63,068 nucleotides of DNA, filler included, from 16 parts of 16 records of this genome joined end to end with filler, not necessarily neighbours in it; one strand, 5' to 3'; positions 12,462 through 27,816 are shown, counted from the whole stretch's first letter. The notes: a model not told the origin generated them from the letters alone. A program made the numbers and translations.

Positions 12462-13281
12462 TTAATGGTCCTCCGCTGCGGCAACCGCTGGATTTTCCGC
12501 AGGCAGATCGGTGTTGTTATCACCCAGCATAATGTGGTCGAGGATCTGGCGCATCAGTGTACCAACCGCCGGACCCGCACCACCGTTCTCCAGAATCATG
12601 GCGACAGCCACTTGCGGATTGTTGTATGGCGCAAAGGCGGTCATCAGTTTGTGGTCACGTAAACGCTCGGCAATTTTGTGCGCATTATAGGTTTCGTTCG
12701 CTTTCAGACCGAAGACCTGAGCGGTACCGGATTTCGCCGCAATTTTGTACGGTGCGCTAGCAAAGTATTTATGCGCCGTACCGTTAGGGCGGTTAGCAAC
12801 ACCGTACATACCGTCTTTCGCCAGCTCCCAGTAACCGGAATGAATATCGCCGACGGGCGGTTCATGCGGCTGTACCCATGGCACCTGTTTGCCGTCTTCG
12901 GCGGTGCTCATCAGCAAATGAGGAACCTTCACGATACCGTCATTAATCAGGATCATCAGTGCCTTACTCATCTGGATTGGGGTCGCTGTCCAGTAACCCT
13001 GACCGATACCAACCGGAATGGTGTCACCCTGATACCACGGTTTTTTAAAGCGTTTCTGTTTCCATTCGCGGGTAGGCATGTTGCCGGAACGTTCTTCCGC
13101 CAGGTCGATACCGGTGTAATGACCATAACCGAATTTACCCATCCATTCGGAGAGGCGATCGATCCCCATATCGTAGGCCACCTGATAGAAGAAGGTATCC
13201 GCAGATTCTTCCAGCGATCTTGTGACATTCAGACGCCCGTGGCCCCATTTTTTCCAGTCACGATAACGTTTTTCCGAACCT
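12462..13281 (-). CDS. mrdA: Penicillin-binding protein 2, C-terminal part
   Basis: Transpeptidase region with KSGTAQ; ends ...AAAEDH directly upstream of mrdB. Confidence 0.96.
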
Positions 13282-13381
13282 NNNNNNNNNNNNNNNNNNN
13301 NNNNNNNNNNNNNNNNNNNNNNNNNTTAATTAATTAANNNNNNNNNNNNNNNNNNNNNNNNNNNNNNNNNNNNNNNNNNNN

Positions 13382-13476
13382 AACAGCAAATCGCCGGAAC
13401 GAATAGCCGCAGAATAACGATGCTCAGCATATAGTGAATGTCGGCCAGCAGGGAAAACAGCGGTTCTTTCTACCAT
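13382..13476 (-). CDS. yjgH: RidA/RutC-family protein, N-terminal fragment
   Basis: ATG at 13476 reads MVERTAVFPAGRHSLYAEHRYSAAIRSGDLL; next to bdcA. Confidence 0.8.
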
Positions 13477-13606
13477 TTGGTTATCCTCAAGATTTACGAC
13501 ATGAACAGAAGATTTCTCTTTACCGGGAGCCGCTTTTAGCGGACGACGTGAGTAAACAAAACCCAGACATCATGGATAATGGCTGGGCTTAATTGAGCGT
13601 AGTCGG

Positions 13607-14320
13607 TTATGCGCCAAACGCGCCATCAATGGTATGCATCGCGCCGGTAACAAAACTGGCTTCTGGCCCTGCTAACCATGCGACCATACCAGCGACCTCT
13701 TCCGGTTGCCCATGTCTTTTGATAGCCATCAAACTATGCAACATATCGCGCATTGGCCCGTTGGCGGGATTAGCGTCGGTATCAATTGGCCCTGGCTGGA
13801 CGACGTTAATGGTGATCCCACGCGGTCCAAAATCACGGGCCAGCCCGCGCGCCATGCCTTGCAGGGCAGATTTGCTGGCGGCATAAGCAGCCATGCCTGC
13901 AACAGGCATACGATCGCCATTCACGGAGCCGATGATTAAGATGCGCCCGCCTTCGGGCATCTGCCGGGCGGCTTCAACAGAGGCATGATAAGGAGCATGA
14001 ATATTGATTTTGAAAAGGCGATCAATATCGTCGGCATTTAATTCCAGGGCCTCGCCAAAGACGCCAATACCTGCATTTACCACCAGGATATCCAATGCGC
14101 CGCTCTTACGAACGACATCAATGACAGCGTCTCTGTCAGCACTATCTGTGAATACTGCTGTCGCTCCAGTCTCTTGTGCCAGGCGTTTAGCGGCATCTTT
14201 CGACCCCGCATAGGTGAATCGTACATTGGCCCCATCGGTGACGAAACGACGTACGATAGCGGCACCGATACCACGACTGCCACCGAGGATGAGAACTGTC
14301 TTACCTGTAAAAGCGCCCAT
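13607..14320 (-). CDS. bdcA: SDR-family oxidoreductase / biofilm dispersal protein
   Basis: ATG at 14320 with GGAG RBS gives 237 aa; GGSRGIG, NAG and YAASK motifs. Confidence 0.95.
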   Translation of the reverse strand: MGAFTGKTVLILGGSRGIGAAIVRRFVTDGANVRFTYAGSKDAAKRLAQETGATAVFTDSADRDAVIDVVRKSGALDILVVNAGIGVFGEALELNADDIDRLFKINIHAPYHASVEAARQMPEGGRILIIGSVNGDRMPVAGMAAYAASKSALQGMARGLARDFGPRGITINVVQPGPIDTDANPANGPMRDMLHSLMAIKRHGQPEEVAGMVAWLAGPEASFVTGAMHTIDGAFGA

Positions 14321-14390
14321 AAGGACTCCTTGATTTATTATGTAACATGCATTACAAAACTGTTTTAACTTTCTGTCAACAGGTTTTGTA

Positions 14391-14984
14391 ATGGTCACTA
14401 AAAAACAATCTCGCGTTCCAGGTCGTCCCAGACGTTTCGCTCCTGAGCAGGCAATCTCTGCGGCAAAAGTGCTTTTTCACCAAAAAGGTTTCGATGCTGT
14501 CAGTGTTGCTGAAGTTACTGATTATCTTGGTATTAACCCCCCGAGCCTCTACGCGGCTTTTGGCAGTAAAGCTGGGTTATTTAGCCGTGTACTCAATGAA
14601 TACGTCGGTACGGAAGCTATTCCGCTTGCCGATATTCTTCGTGATGATCGTCCGGTAGGCGAGTGCCTGGTTGAGGTATTAAAAGAAGCGGCGCGCAGAT
14701 ATAGCCAAAACGGCGGCTGCGCTGGCTGTATGGTTCTTGAAGGTATTCATAGTCATGATCCACAAGCGCGTGATATTGCCGTTCAATATTATCACGCCGC
14801 AGAAACGACCATTTATGACTACATCGCCAGGCGGCATCCACAACGCGCACAATGTGTGACTGATTTTATGAGTACCGTGATGTCTGGGCTTTCTGCGAAG
14901 GCACGAGAGGGGCACTCTATAGAACAACTCTGTGCAACAGCTGCAATGGCGGGGGAAGCGATAAAAACTATTCTTGAGGAGTGA
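14391..14984 (+). CDS. bdcR: TetR-family regulator
   Basis: GRPR...SLYAAFGSK helix-turn-helix; divergent from bdcA. Confidence 0.93.
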   Translation: MVTKKQSRVPGRPRRFAPEQAISAAKVLFHQKGFDAVSVAEVTDYLGINPPSLYAAFGSKAGLFSRVLNEYVGTEAIPLADILRDDRPVGECLVEVLKEAARRYSQNGGCAGCMVLEGIHSHDPQARDIAVQYYHAAETTIYDYIARRHPQRAQCVTDFMSTVMSGLSAKAREGHSIEQLCATAAMAGEAIKTILEE

Positions 14985-15116
14985 TGCGGGCCTTGACCCG
15001 AAAGGCGGGAAAGCGCCTGCCGATAAGTTGTGATAAGACAATAATTCACGCGTTAAGGCTAGCGGAATTGATTATCTTTTCGTATAACGATAGAAATGAA
15101 ACGTTGTTTTAATTAA

Positions 15117-15506
<390 letters not shown>

Positions 15507-15606
15507 NNNNNNNNNNNNNNNNNNNNNNNNNNNNNNNNNNNNNNNNNNNNTTAATTAATTAANNNNNNNNNNNNNNNNNNNNNNNNNNNNNNNNNNNNNN
15601 NNNNNN

Positions 15607-16021
15607 AACCGGTCGGATCATCCAGTTTCACCGTCAGCAGACCAATGCCACCCTGCGGTTTAGCATCACGCAGACGCTGGAGTGTTTCGACAGAGATCAG
15701 CGGCACGTCGCCGTAGAGCATTAAAATGTCTTCATCATCGGCAAAGAAAGGTGCGGCCTGCTGCATTGCATGACCCGTACCCAGCTGCTCTGCCTGAAGC
15801 ACCCAGTTAAGGTTGTCGTCTTTCAGCGCCTGTTTTAGCAGATCGCCGCCGTGACCGTACACCAGGTGAACGTGCGCTGCGCCTAATTCATTCGCAGCAT
15901 CAATGACATGCTGAACCATCGCTTTCCCGGCAAGGGTATGCAGCACTTTCGGAAGATCGGAATACATGCGCGTGCCTTTGCCTGCGGCAAGGATCACTAC
16001 GCTCATAGCATTATTCAACAT
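15607..16021 (-). CDS. glmU: Bifunctional GlcNAc-1-P uridyltransferase/acetyltransferase, N-terminal part
   Basis: LAAGKGTRM...PKVLH and EQLGTGHA motifs. Confidence 0.98.
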
Positions 16022-16321
16022 ACGCGTCCTGACTGTAATTTGAGAACGAATTTAAACCGCTTCACCTTGAAAAAACTACATTTTTTTCATCGTGAAATGG
16101 ACAGAGGATAAATTGTTCAATAACGGATTATCCCCGCTGACGAAAGCGCCATTTTCGACCATCGTCACGCCTTTTGTCTGCAGAAAATTAAGGCAGTACC
16201 TTAATTTAAGCGTCAGGTGGATGTTTTTGCTCTTATTTCGATCAATGAATAAACAGGAAAACAGGGGGGTTTTATATCAGCAGGATCTATGTGAACGCTA
16301 TTCAGGACGGGTCACACGCGC

Positions 16322-16353
16322 AAAAAAAGCCAGCCTGTTTCCAGACTGGCTTT
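16322..16353 (-). terminator. atp operon terminator
   Basis: AAAAGCCAG...CTGGCTTTT stem with a T7 run on the minus strand just after atpC. Confidence 0.85.
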
Positions 16354-16372
16354 TGTGCTTTTCAAGCCGGTG

Positions 16373-16792
16373 TTACATCGCTTTTTTGGTCAACTCGATA
16401 ACGCGCAGCTGCGCGATCGCTTTGGCCAGTTCCGCAGACGCCTGAGCGTAATCTACGTCGCCGTGAGAGCTGCTAATGTGCTCTTCAGCCTTACGTTTCG
16501 CTTCCATGGCTCGCGCTTCGTCGAGATCCTGGCCGCGAATTGCGGTGTCGGCCAGAACGGTCACGTTGCCAGGCTGCACTTCAAGAATGCCGCCAGACAG
16601 ATAGATAAACTCTTCGTGACCGTGCTGTTTCACGATGCGAATCATACCAGGCTTAATGGCGGTGAGCAGCGGTGCGTGGCCAGGGTAGATCCCCAGTTCA
16701 CCTTCGCTACCCGTTACCTGGATTTTCTCGACCAGACCAGAGAACATTTGTTGCTCTGCGCTGACGACGTCCAGGTGGTAAGTCATTGCCAT
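16373..16792 (-). CDS. atpC: ATP synthase F1 epsilon subunit
   Basis: 139 aa; [11 protein letters not shown] motif. Confidence 0.99.
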
Positions 16793-16812
16793 ATCACCCT
16801 CCGATTAAGGCG

Positions 16813-19085
<2,273 letters not shown>

Positions 19086-19135
19086 GAGCTTCTCCTCAAT
19101 GCCTTGCGGCCTGCCCTAAGGCAAGCCGCCAGACG

Positions 19136-20677
19136 TTACCAGGATTGGGTTGCTTTGAAGGAATCGAGGATGCCTTTCAGCTTGCCTTCGATTTCGTCGT
19201 TGTAGCCACCGGTCTGGTTGATCTCTTGCATCAACGGAGCGTGATCACGGTCGACGTAAGCCAGCAGAGCGGCTTCGAAGCTGCCAATTTTCGACAGTTC
19301 AACATCCGCCAGGTAACCACGTTCTGCTGCGAACAGAACCAGAGACTGCTGCGCAACGGACATCGGCGCATACTGTTTCTGTTTCAGCAGTTCGGTCACT
19401 TTCTGACCGTGGTCAAGCTGCTTACGTGTTGCATCGTCAAGGTCGGATGCAAACTGAGAGAACGCTGCCAGTTCACGATACTGTGCCAGAGCGGTACGGA
19501 TACCACCGGACAGTTTTTTCATGATCTTGGTCTGTGCTGCACCACCAACACGGGATACGGAAATACCCGGGTTAACCGCAGGACGAATACCGGCGTTGAA
19601 CAGGTTGGTTTCCAGGAAGATCTGACCATCGGTAATGGAGATTACGTTGGTCGGAACGAACGCAGAAACGTCACCCGCCTGAGTTTCGATAATCGGCAGT
19701 GCGGTCAGAGAACCGGTTTTCCCTTTCACTTCACCTTTGGTGAAGGCTTCAACGTATTCGGCGTTAACACGTGCAGCACGCTCCAGCAGACGAGAGTGGA
19801 GGTAGAAAACGTCGCCCGGGAATGCTTCACGTCCTGGCGGACGACGGAGCAGCAGGGAGATCTGACGGTAAGCAACAGCCTGTTTAGACAGGTCATCGTA
19901 AATGATCAGCGCATCTTCACCGCGGTCACGGAAGTATTCGCCCATTGCGCAACCGGCATACGGTGCCAGGTATTGCAGTGCAGCGGATTCAGACGCGGTT
20001 GCTACCACAACGATGGTGTTAGCCAGTGCGCCGTGCTCTTCCAGTTTACGTACCACGTTAGAAATGGTGGACGCTTTCTGGCCGATAGCGACATAGATAC
20101 ATTTGATACCGGAATCGCGCTGGTTGATGATGGCATCGATAGCCAGTGCGGTTTTACCTGTCTGACGGTCACCGATGATCAATTCACGCTGACCACGACC
20201 GATTGGGATCATGGAGTCAACGGCTTTATAACCGGTCTGTACCGGCTGATCTACGGACTGACGTTCGATAACGCCCGGAGCGATTGCTTCTACAGCAGAG
20301 AAGCCGTCGTGATCCAGCGGACCTTTACCGTCGATTGGTGCACCCAGAGTGTTAACCACACGGCCCAGCAGGCCACGGCCAACCGGAACTTCCAGGATAC
20401 GGCCAGTACACTTAACTTTCATGCCTTCGGCAAGGTCAGCGTACGGACCCATAACAACCGCACCTACAGAGTCGCGCTCGAGGTTCAGTGCGATAGCGTA
20501 ACGGTTACCCGGCAGGGAGATCATTTCACCCTGCATACAATCGGCCAGGCCGTGAATGCGGATAACACCGTCACTTACAGAAACAATAGTACCTTCGTTG
20601 TGAGCTTCACTCACAACATTGAACTGAGCAATGCGCTGCTTGATCAGTTCGCTGATTTCGGTGGAATTCAGTTGCAT
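19136..20677 (-). CDS. atpA: ATP synthase F1 alpha subunit
   Basis: GDRQTGKT and [12 protein letters not shown] motifs; 513 aa. Confidence 0.99.
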
Positions 20678-20689
20678 GCTCCAGTCCCC

Positions 20690-21223
20690 TTAAGACTGCA
20701 AGACGTCTGCAAGGCGCTCAAGACGACCGCGTACGCTGCCATCAATGACCATATCACCCGCTCGGATGATAACGCCTGCCATTACAGACTTATCGATTTT
20801 GCAATTCAGCTTAACTTTGCGTGACAGACGTTTTTCCATCGCAGCAGAAATTTTCGCGAGCTGTTGTTCACTCAGTGCGGCAGCGGAAATGACGTCTACC
20901 TCAGCGGTAGCCTCACTCACGGCACGCAGGTGAATAAACTGCTCCAGAACATCCGGGAGCGCGTTAAGACGACCATTTTCAGCCATAACCCGAATCAGGT
21001 TCTGACCGTTTTCGTCCAGTTGCTCACCACAAACTGCGATAAACGACTCGGCGAGCGTTTCTGGCGCAAGCGCGCCAGAGAGAAGCTCTGCCATTTGTTC
21101 GTTTTTGGTTACCTCGGCGGCAAACGCCAGCATGTCCTGCCAGCGTTCTACACTTTGGTGTTCGACGGCAAAGTCAAAAGCTGCTTTGGCGTAGGGGCGA
21201 GCTACCGTAATAAATTCAGACAT
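20690..21223 (-). CDS. atpH: ATP synthase delta subunit
   Basis: ARPYAKAAF motif; 177 aa; operon order. Confidence 0.99.
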
Positions 21224-21237
21224 CAGCCCCTCCCTCC

Positions 21238-21708
21238 TTACAGTTCAGCGACAAGTTTATCCACGATGTCGCTGTTAGCAGCTTCATCCACGGAACGTTC
21301 GATGATCTTCTCGGCGCCAGCAACAGCCAGGATAGCAACTTGCTTACGCAGCTCTTCACGGGCACGTTTACGCTCGGCTTCAATTTCCGCCTGCGCCTGG
21401 GCCACGATTTTAGTACGTTCCTGTTCTGCCTCAGCTTTCGCTTCGTCCAGAATCTGCGAGCGGCGTTTGTTCGCCTGCTCGATGATTACCTGGGCTTCCG
21501 CTTTCGCTTTTTTCAGCTGGTCGGTCGCGCTGGCCTTTGCAAGGTCAAGGTCCTTATGTGCTCGTTCTGCGGAAGCAAGGCCGTCAGCAATTTCTTTTTG
21601 ACGTTTTTCGATGGCTGCCATTAATGGCGGCCATACGTACTTCATGCAGAACAGAACGAACAGGACAAACGCGATGGCCTGGCCGAGGATTGTTGCGTTA
21701 AGATTCAC
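21238..21708 (-). CDS. atpF: ATP synthase Fo b subunit
   Basis: GTG start, N-terminal TM helix, WPPL and a coiled coil; 156 aa. Confidence 0.99.
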
Positions 21709-21869
21709 AGCACAATGCCTCTATTTAGTTAACGTTCTGATATTGCTCTTTAAATAAAAGCAACGCTTANNNNNNNNNNNNNNNNNNNNNNNNNNNNNNN
21801 NNNNNNNNNNNNNTTAATTAATTAANNNNNNNNNNNNNNNNNNNNNNNNNNNNNNNNNNNNNNNNNNNN

Positions 21870-22691
21870 AAACAGCTCGTGGGTGTCCTGTACCCGCAAC
21901 AAACCGGCACGCTGAATAGCCGCATCCCATGCCGGGTCCATTCCTGCCGTCGTGTTGAGCAGTCGCTGTGCCGCCGGGCTACGTCCGCTTTTAATCACCA
22001 GAATCGGTTTATTACGCGAGGCACTACGGGCCGCCGAAACAAAGCGTCGCGCGTCGCTTAACTGTTCGAGATAGAGCAGGATGGCGCTGGTTTTACTGTC
22101 GCGTGCCAGATAGTCAAGCAATTCATCAACGTCGATATCCAGGCTGTCGCCGAGCGCAATAAAGTAGGAAAAGCCCATCTTACGCTGTTGCGCCCAGTCG
22201 AGGATGGTGTTGGAGACGGCAGCCGATTGCGAAATAAACGCCAGCTTGCCGCGTTTAATCGGCACAGGCGAAAAGCTGGCATTCAGACCTTGCCAGGGAG
22301 CCAGTAAACCCAGACTGTTTGGTCCAAGCAGGCGCATGTTATGGCGCAGGGCGCAGGCGCGGAGATCTTCGTGTTGCGATGCCGGGGCGGAAAGAATAAT
22401 GCAGGTTTTACAGCCTTTCTCGCCGAGCTCTTCCAGAAGAGCAAGATTACGGCTGGCATTGGTACATAAAACCGCAAGGTCGGGTGTAAAGGGCAAGCTG
22501 GCAATATCCGGCCAGGCCAACACACCCAACACCGCTTTCCAGGCTGGCGTCACCGGGAGTACCGGTCCGTTAAAGCCTCCCGCCAGCAGGTTACGCATCA
22601 TCAGGTAACCTGCGCGATTGGGTTTCATCGACGCGCCAATTACCGCTATCGATTTTGGTCGCAGTAGTGCTTCCAGTCCTCGCTGACTCAT
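21870..22691 (-). CDS. patZ: Protein lysine acetyltransferase PatZ/Pka (YfiQ), N-terminal part
   Basis: PKSIAVIGAS, GPNSLG and SQSA (acyl-CoA synthetase-like domain). Confidence 0.95.
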
Positions 22692-22722
22692 ACCGGTCTC
22701 CCGCAGAAGTGACCGAATGATT

Positions 22723-23421
22723 TTAAACGCTTTCTAACTGTTCTGCTGTGATGCTACCCAGATGTTGCGTTTTTCCTGCCAGATAGCGTGTTTTAAAGCG
22801 GGTAAAATGCTCGCCTAACCCTGCCGCCGCCCCGGTATCGCCGGCCATATCTAACAGTGCGATGGCTACCTCGGCAGTACAATATTGGCCTTCAGCCTGG
22901 GCTTCACGCAGGCGATAGGCAGAAAGCCGGGAAAGATCGACGGAAATGACGGGAAGATTATCCAGATACGGACTTTTACGAAACATCTTGCGAGCTTCCG
23001 GCCAGGTACCATCGAGCATGATAAACAGCGGTGGCTTACCGGCAGGTGGTGTGAAGATCACTTCCCGTTGCTCATCAGCATACGAAGCGGGAAAGACCAC
23101 CATTGGCTGATAGTCCGGGTTTTGCACCAACTCCAGCAAATCCTGCGAGGGTTCGGTACGCGACCATTGAAACGCAACGGTATCAGGCAAAATATCAGCA
23201 ATGAGACGCCCGGTATTACTGGGCTTCATTGGCTCGGTGTCGAACATCAGCAAACAGAAGCGACTTTTTGCTTGTGCTGGGGTAATTGTCGAACAGAGAC
23301 ATAATTTCTCTGGCAAAAGACAGCGTTGGCAGCGACGAACGCGATTACCGCGGGCAAGAAAAGGACGTGTTGCGCGCGCAATACGCTCGGCGCGTAACTG
23401 GAGAACAGCGTTTTCGGTCAT
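22723..23421 (-). CDS. tapT: DTW-domain tRNA aminocarboxypropyltransferase (YfiP)
   Basis: ATG at 23421 gives 232 aa; CxxC...CLC, SNTG and LDGTW motifs. Confidence 0.93.
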   Translation of the reverse strand: MTENAVLQLRAERIARATRPFLARGNRVRRCQRCLLPEKLCLCSTITPAQAKSRFCLLMFDTEPMKPSNTGRLIADILPDTVAFQWSRTEPSQDLLELVQNPDYQPMVVFPASYADEQREVIFTPPAGKPPLFIMLDGTWPEARKMFRKSPYLDNLPVISVDLSRLSAYRLREAQAEGQYCTAEVAIALLDMAGDTGAAAGLGEHFTRFKTRYLAGKTQHLGSITAEQLESV

Positions 23422-23489
23422 AAGAGAGCGTCGAAAAAACGCCATTGTCGCAGAGGAGAAAACGGGGCACAAGATGCGCCCCGGTAAGA

Positions 23490-23909
23490 TTAAAGAGATT
23501 CGTTCAGCCAGCTATCGAACGGCGCTTTCGGTACTGCGCCATTAAGCATGTCGACAACCTGACCGTTTTTGAAAATCATGATCGTCGGTATACTACGAAT
23601 TCCAAAGCGACTGCTCAATTCACGTTCAGCTTCGGTATTCACTTTCACAAAGCGCACTTTACCGCTACGCTCTTGCGCGACATCTTCAAAAATTGGTGCG
23701 AAATTACGGCAGGGGCCGCACCACGGTGCCCAGAAGTCGATCACCACAGGTAGATCATCCTTCAGCAATTTGTCGAGTGTTTCACCGGTCGCATTAATCA
23801 CCTCTCCGTCAAACAAGTCGTGACCGCAGCGTCCGCATTTTGCCGCATCTTCGATCCGATCGTCGGGAATGCGATTGATGGCCTGACAATGGGTACAAAC
23901 GGTATTCAT
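23490..23909 (-). CDS. trxC: Thioredoxin 2
   Basis: Two Zn-binding CxxC motifs plus WCGPC. Confidence 0.99.
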
Positions 23910-24115
23910 AACTAACCTCGGGATGAGTAAGGAGACTTATCGGCAACGACGCCGGTATGTTTCTAATATGTTACATATTATCGGGGACATTGTTCCAGAC
24001 AACAATCTGTTTTATTCAATAGGTATGATAGTCGCAGGCTTTGGTACGAAATCATGGCGAACCGCGCGGACTTCGGGTAATCTGCGCGCTTCGCGCAGCG
24101 CTGGTGGAGAAAAGC

Positions 24116-24741
24116 ATGAACGATGAAATGAAAGGTAAAAGCGGCAAGGTCAAAGTGATGTATGTCCGCAGTGATGATGATTCTGATAAACGTACCCACA
24201 ACCCGCGTACCGGGAAAGGGGGCGGGCGTCCAGGAAAATCTCGTGCTGACGGTGGCCGTCGCCCCGCCCGCGATGACAAACAGAGTCAGCCCCGTGACCG
24301 CAAGTGGGAAGATTCGCCGTGGCGCACGGTTTCCCGCGCGCCGGGTGATGAGACGCCGGAAAAGGCCGATCACGGTGGCATCAGTGGTAAAAGTTTTATT
24401 GATCCGGAAGTGTTGCGTCGTCAGCGTGCGGAAGAAACCCGCGTCTACGGCGAAAATGCATGTCAGGCACTTTTCCAGAGCCGTCCGGAAGCGATTGTTC
24501 GCGCCTGGTTTATCCAGAGTGTAACGCCGCGTTTTAAAGAAGCTTTGCGCTGGATGGCAGCAAACCGCAAAGCGTACCATGTGGTGGATGAAGCGGAATT
24601 GACAAAAGCGTCAGGCACGGAACATCACGGCGGCGTTTGCTTCTTGATCAAAAAGCGTAACGGTACAACCGTGCAGCAGTGGGTAAGCCAGGCAGGCGCG
24701 CAGGATTGCGTTCTGGCACTGGAAAACGAATCTAACCCGCA
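24116..24741 (+). CDS. yfiF: SpoU/TrmH-family RNA methyltransferase, N-terminal part
   Basis: [11 protein letters not shown] start; VYGENAC and HHGGV motifs; divergent from trxC. Confidence 0.92.
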
Positions 24742-24841
24742 NNNNNNNNNNNNNNNNNNNNNNNNNNNNNNNNNNNNNNNNNNNNTTAATTAATTAANNN
24801 NNNNNNNNNNNNNNNNNNNNNNNNNNNNNNNNNNNNNNNNN

Positions 24842-25188
<347 letters not shown>

Positions 25189-25305
25189 TCGAATAATCGT
25201 CTACGCCAGAACGCCTGGGTAATGTTATTGCTCTAACTATATTAATAATTCAGGTTGCTGCACATGCGACTTGAATTATGACAGACATAGCCTCAAGGAA
25301 TAGCT

Positions 25306-25780
25306 ATGAAAAAAATACTCGAAGCAATACTGGCGATTAATCTCGCTGTACTTTCCTGTATTGTATTTATAAACATTATTTTAAGATATGGTTTTCAGAC
25401 AAGCATTTTATCTGTTGATGAATTGTCACGTTATTTATTTGTCTGGTTAACGTTTATTGGCGCGATTGTAGCTTTTATGGATAACGCCCACGTTCAGGTC
25501 ACCTTTCTGGTGGAGAAACTCTCCCCCGCATGGCAGCGACGAGTCGCTCTGGTTACCCATTCCTTAATCTTATTTATTTGTGGCGCACTGGCCTGGGGCG
25601 CAACGCTAAAAAACAATTCAGGACTGGAGCGATTATTCACCGATCCTCGGTTTACCCATCGGCCTGATGTATGCCGCTTGTCTGCCCACCAGCCTCGTTA
25701 TCGCATTCTTTGAACTGCGTCATTTATATCAACTCATCACGCGTAGCAATTCTCTAACGTCGCCACCGCAAGGAGCTTAA
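25306..25780 (+). CDS. yiaM: TRAP transporter small permease; +1 frameshift in the A-run at 25608-25613
   Basis: DctQ-like ELSRYLFVW motif; removing one A restores ...[13 protein letters not shown]... through to the TAA at 25780, 2 nt before yiaN. Confidence 0.93.
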
Positions 25781-25782
25781 TC

Positions 25783-27060
25783 ATGGCTGTGCTGATTTTT
25801 CTGGGCTGTCTGTTGGGTGGTATTGCTATCGGTTTGCCTATTGCCTGGGCACTGTTGTTGTGCGGGGCGGCGTTAATGTTCTGGCTGGACATGTTTGATG
25901 TCCAGATCATGGCACAAACGCTGGTGAACGGAGCCGATAGCTTCTCCCTGCTGGCGATTCCGTTCTTTGTGCTGGCGGGTGAAATCATGAATGCGGGCGG
26001 CTTGTCAAAACGCATTGTTGACCTGCCGATGAAACTGGTGGGGCATAAACCAGGCGGGCTGGGCTACGTCGGCGTGCTGGCAGCTATGATTATGGCGAGC
26101 CTTTCTGGTTCTGCCGTTGCGGATACCGCCGCCGTTGCCGCTCTACTGGTGCCGATGATGCGCAGCGCCAACTATCCGGTCAACCGGGCGGCGGGGCTGA
26201 TTGCCTCTGGCGGCATTATCGCGCCAATTATTCCCCCTTCCATTCCGTTTATTATCTTCGGCGTTTCCAGCGGATTATCCATCAGTAAGCTGTTTATGGC
26301 GGGCATTGCCCCTGGCATGATGATGGGCGCAACGCTGATGCTTACCTGGTGGTGGCAGGCCAGTCGCCTTAATTTACCCCGCCAGCAAAAAGCAACGATG
26401 CAGGAAATCTGGCACTCTTTTGTCTCCGGTATCTGGGCGCTGTTTCTTCCAGTCATCATTATTGGCGGGTTTCGCTCCGGCCTGTTTACCCCTACCGAAG
26501 CCGGGGCCGTTGCTGCTTTCTATGCGCTGTTTGTCGCCACAGTTATTTACCGTGAAATGACCTTCGCCACACTTTGGCATGTACTCATTGGCGCGGCGAA
26601 AACCACCTCAGTGGTTATGTTTCTGGTGGCCTCGGCACAAGTTTCCGCCTGGCTGATTACCATTGCTGAACTGCCGATGATGGTTTCTGATTTACTGCAA
26701 CCGTTGGTCGATTCACCGCGTCTGCTGTTTATCGTCATTATGGTGGCTATCCTGATTGTCGGCATGGTCATGGATTTAACGCCGACGGTATTAATTCTTA
26801 CCCCGGTATTAATGCCTTTAGTTAAAGAGGCAGGAATCGATCCGATTTATTTCGGTGTCATGTTTATCATTAACTGCTCAATCGGCTTAATTACACCGCC
26901 TATCGGTAATGTACTTAACGTTATTTCAGGGGTGGCAAAACTCAAATTCGATGATGCAGTCAGAGGCGTTTTCCCTTACGTCCTGGTTTTATATTCATTA
27001 TTAGTCGTATTTGTTTTTATTCCCGATCTCATCATCCTCCCTTTGAAATGGATTAATTAA
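25783..27060 (+). CDS. yiaN: TRAP transporter large permease (2,3-diketo-L-gulonate)
   Basis: DctM motifs AIPFF, SGSAVAD, IIPPS and TPP. Confidence 0.97.
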   Translation: MAVLIFLGCLLGGIAIGLPIAWALLLCGAALMFWLDMFDVQIMAQTLVNGADSFSLLAIPFFVLAGEIMNAGGLSKRIVDLPMKLVGHKPGGLGYVGVLAAMIMASLSGSAVADTAAVAALLVPMMRSANYPVNRAAGLIASGGIIAPIIPPSIPFIIFGVSSGLSISKLFMAGIAPGMMMGATLMLTWWWQASRLNLPRQQKATMQEIWHSFVSGIWALFLPVIIIGGFRSGLFTPTEAGAVAAFYALFVATVIYREMTFATLWHVLIGAAKTTSVVMFLVASAQVSAWLITIAELPMMVSDLLQPLVDSPRLLFIVIMVAILIVGMVMDLTPTVLILTPVLMPLVKEAGIDPIYFGVMFIINCSIGLITPPIGNVLNVISGVAKLKFDDAVRGVFPYVLVLYSLLVVFVFIPDLIILPLKWIN

Positions 27061-27072
27061 AAGGAAAATATT

Positions 27073-27682
27073 ATGAAATTACGCTCTGTAACCTACGCAT
27101 TATTCATTGCTGGCCTGGCTGCATTCAGCACATCTTCTCTGGCGGCACAATCTTTACGTTTCGGTTATGAAACATCACAAACCGACTCGCAACATATTGC
27201 GGCGAAAAAATTCAATGATTTATTGCAGGAGAGAACCAAAGGCGAGCTGAAATTAAAACTGTTCCCGGACAGCACTCTCGGTAACGCGCAGGCGATGATC
27301 AGCGGCGTACGTGGCGGCACCATCGATATGGAAATGTCCGGCTCGAATAACTTTGCCGGGTTATCACCAGTGATGAACTTGCTTGATGTCCCTTTCCTGT
27401 TCCGCGATACCGCTCACGCGCATAAAACGCTCGACGGCAAAGTCGGTGATGATCTGAAAGCCTCACTTGAAGGTAAAGGACTGAAAGTACTGGCCTACTG
27501 GGAAAACGGCTGGCGCGATGTCACCAACTCGCGCGCACCGGTTAAAACCCCCGCCGACCTGAAAGGGCTGAAAATCCGCACCAACAATAGCCCGATGAAT
27601 ATCGCCGCATTCAAAGTCTTTGGCGCTAACCCGATCCCGATGCCGTTTGCCGAAGTCTATACCGGGCTGGAAACCCGCACTA
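27073..27682 (+). CDS. yiaO: TRAP periplasmic binding protein, 3' truncated
   Basis: Signal peptide; DctP motifs ENGWR and DLKGLKIR. Confidence 0.96.
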
Positions 27683-27816
27683 NNNNNNNNNNNNNNNNNN
27701 NNNNNNNNNNNNNNNNNNNNNNNNNNTTAATTAATTAANNNNNNNNNNNNNNNNNNNNNNNNNNNNNNNNNNNNNNNNNNNNGGGTTTTTTTATGCCCGC
27801 GATAAATAAACACACC

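Noticed and set aside
19145..20824. 559-aa ORF antisense to atpA/atpH
   Set aside because: Shadow frame of a highly codon-biased gene; no recognisable domain
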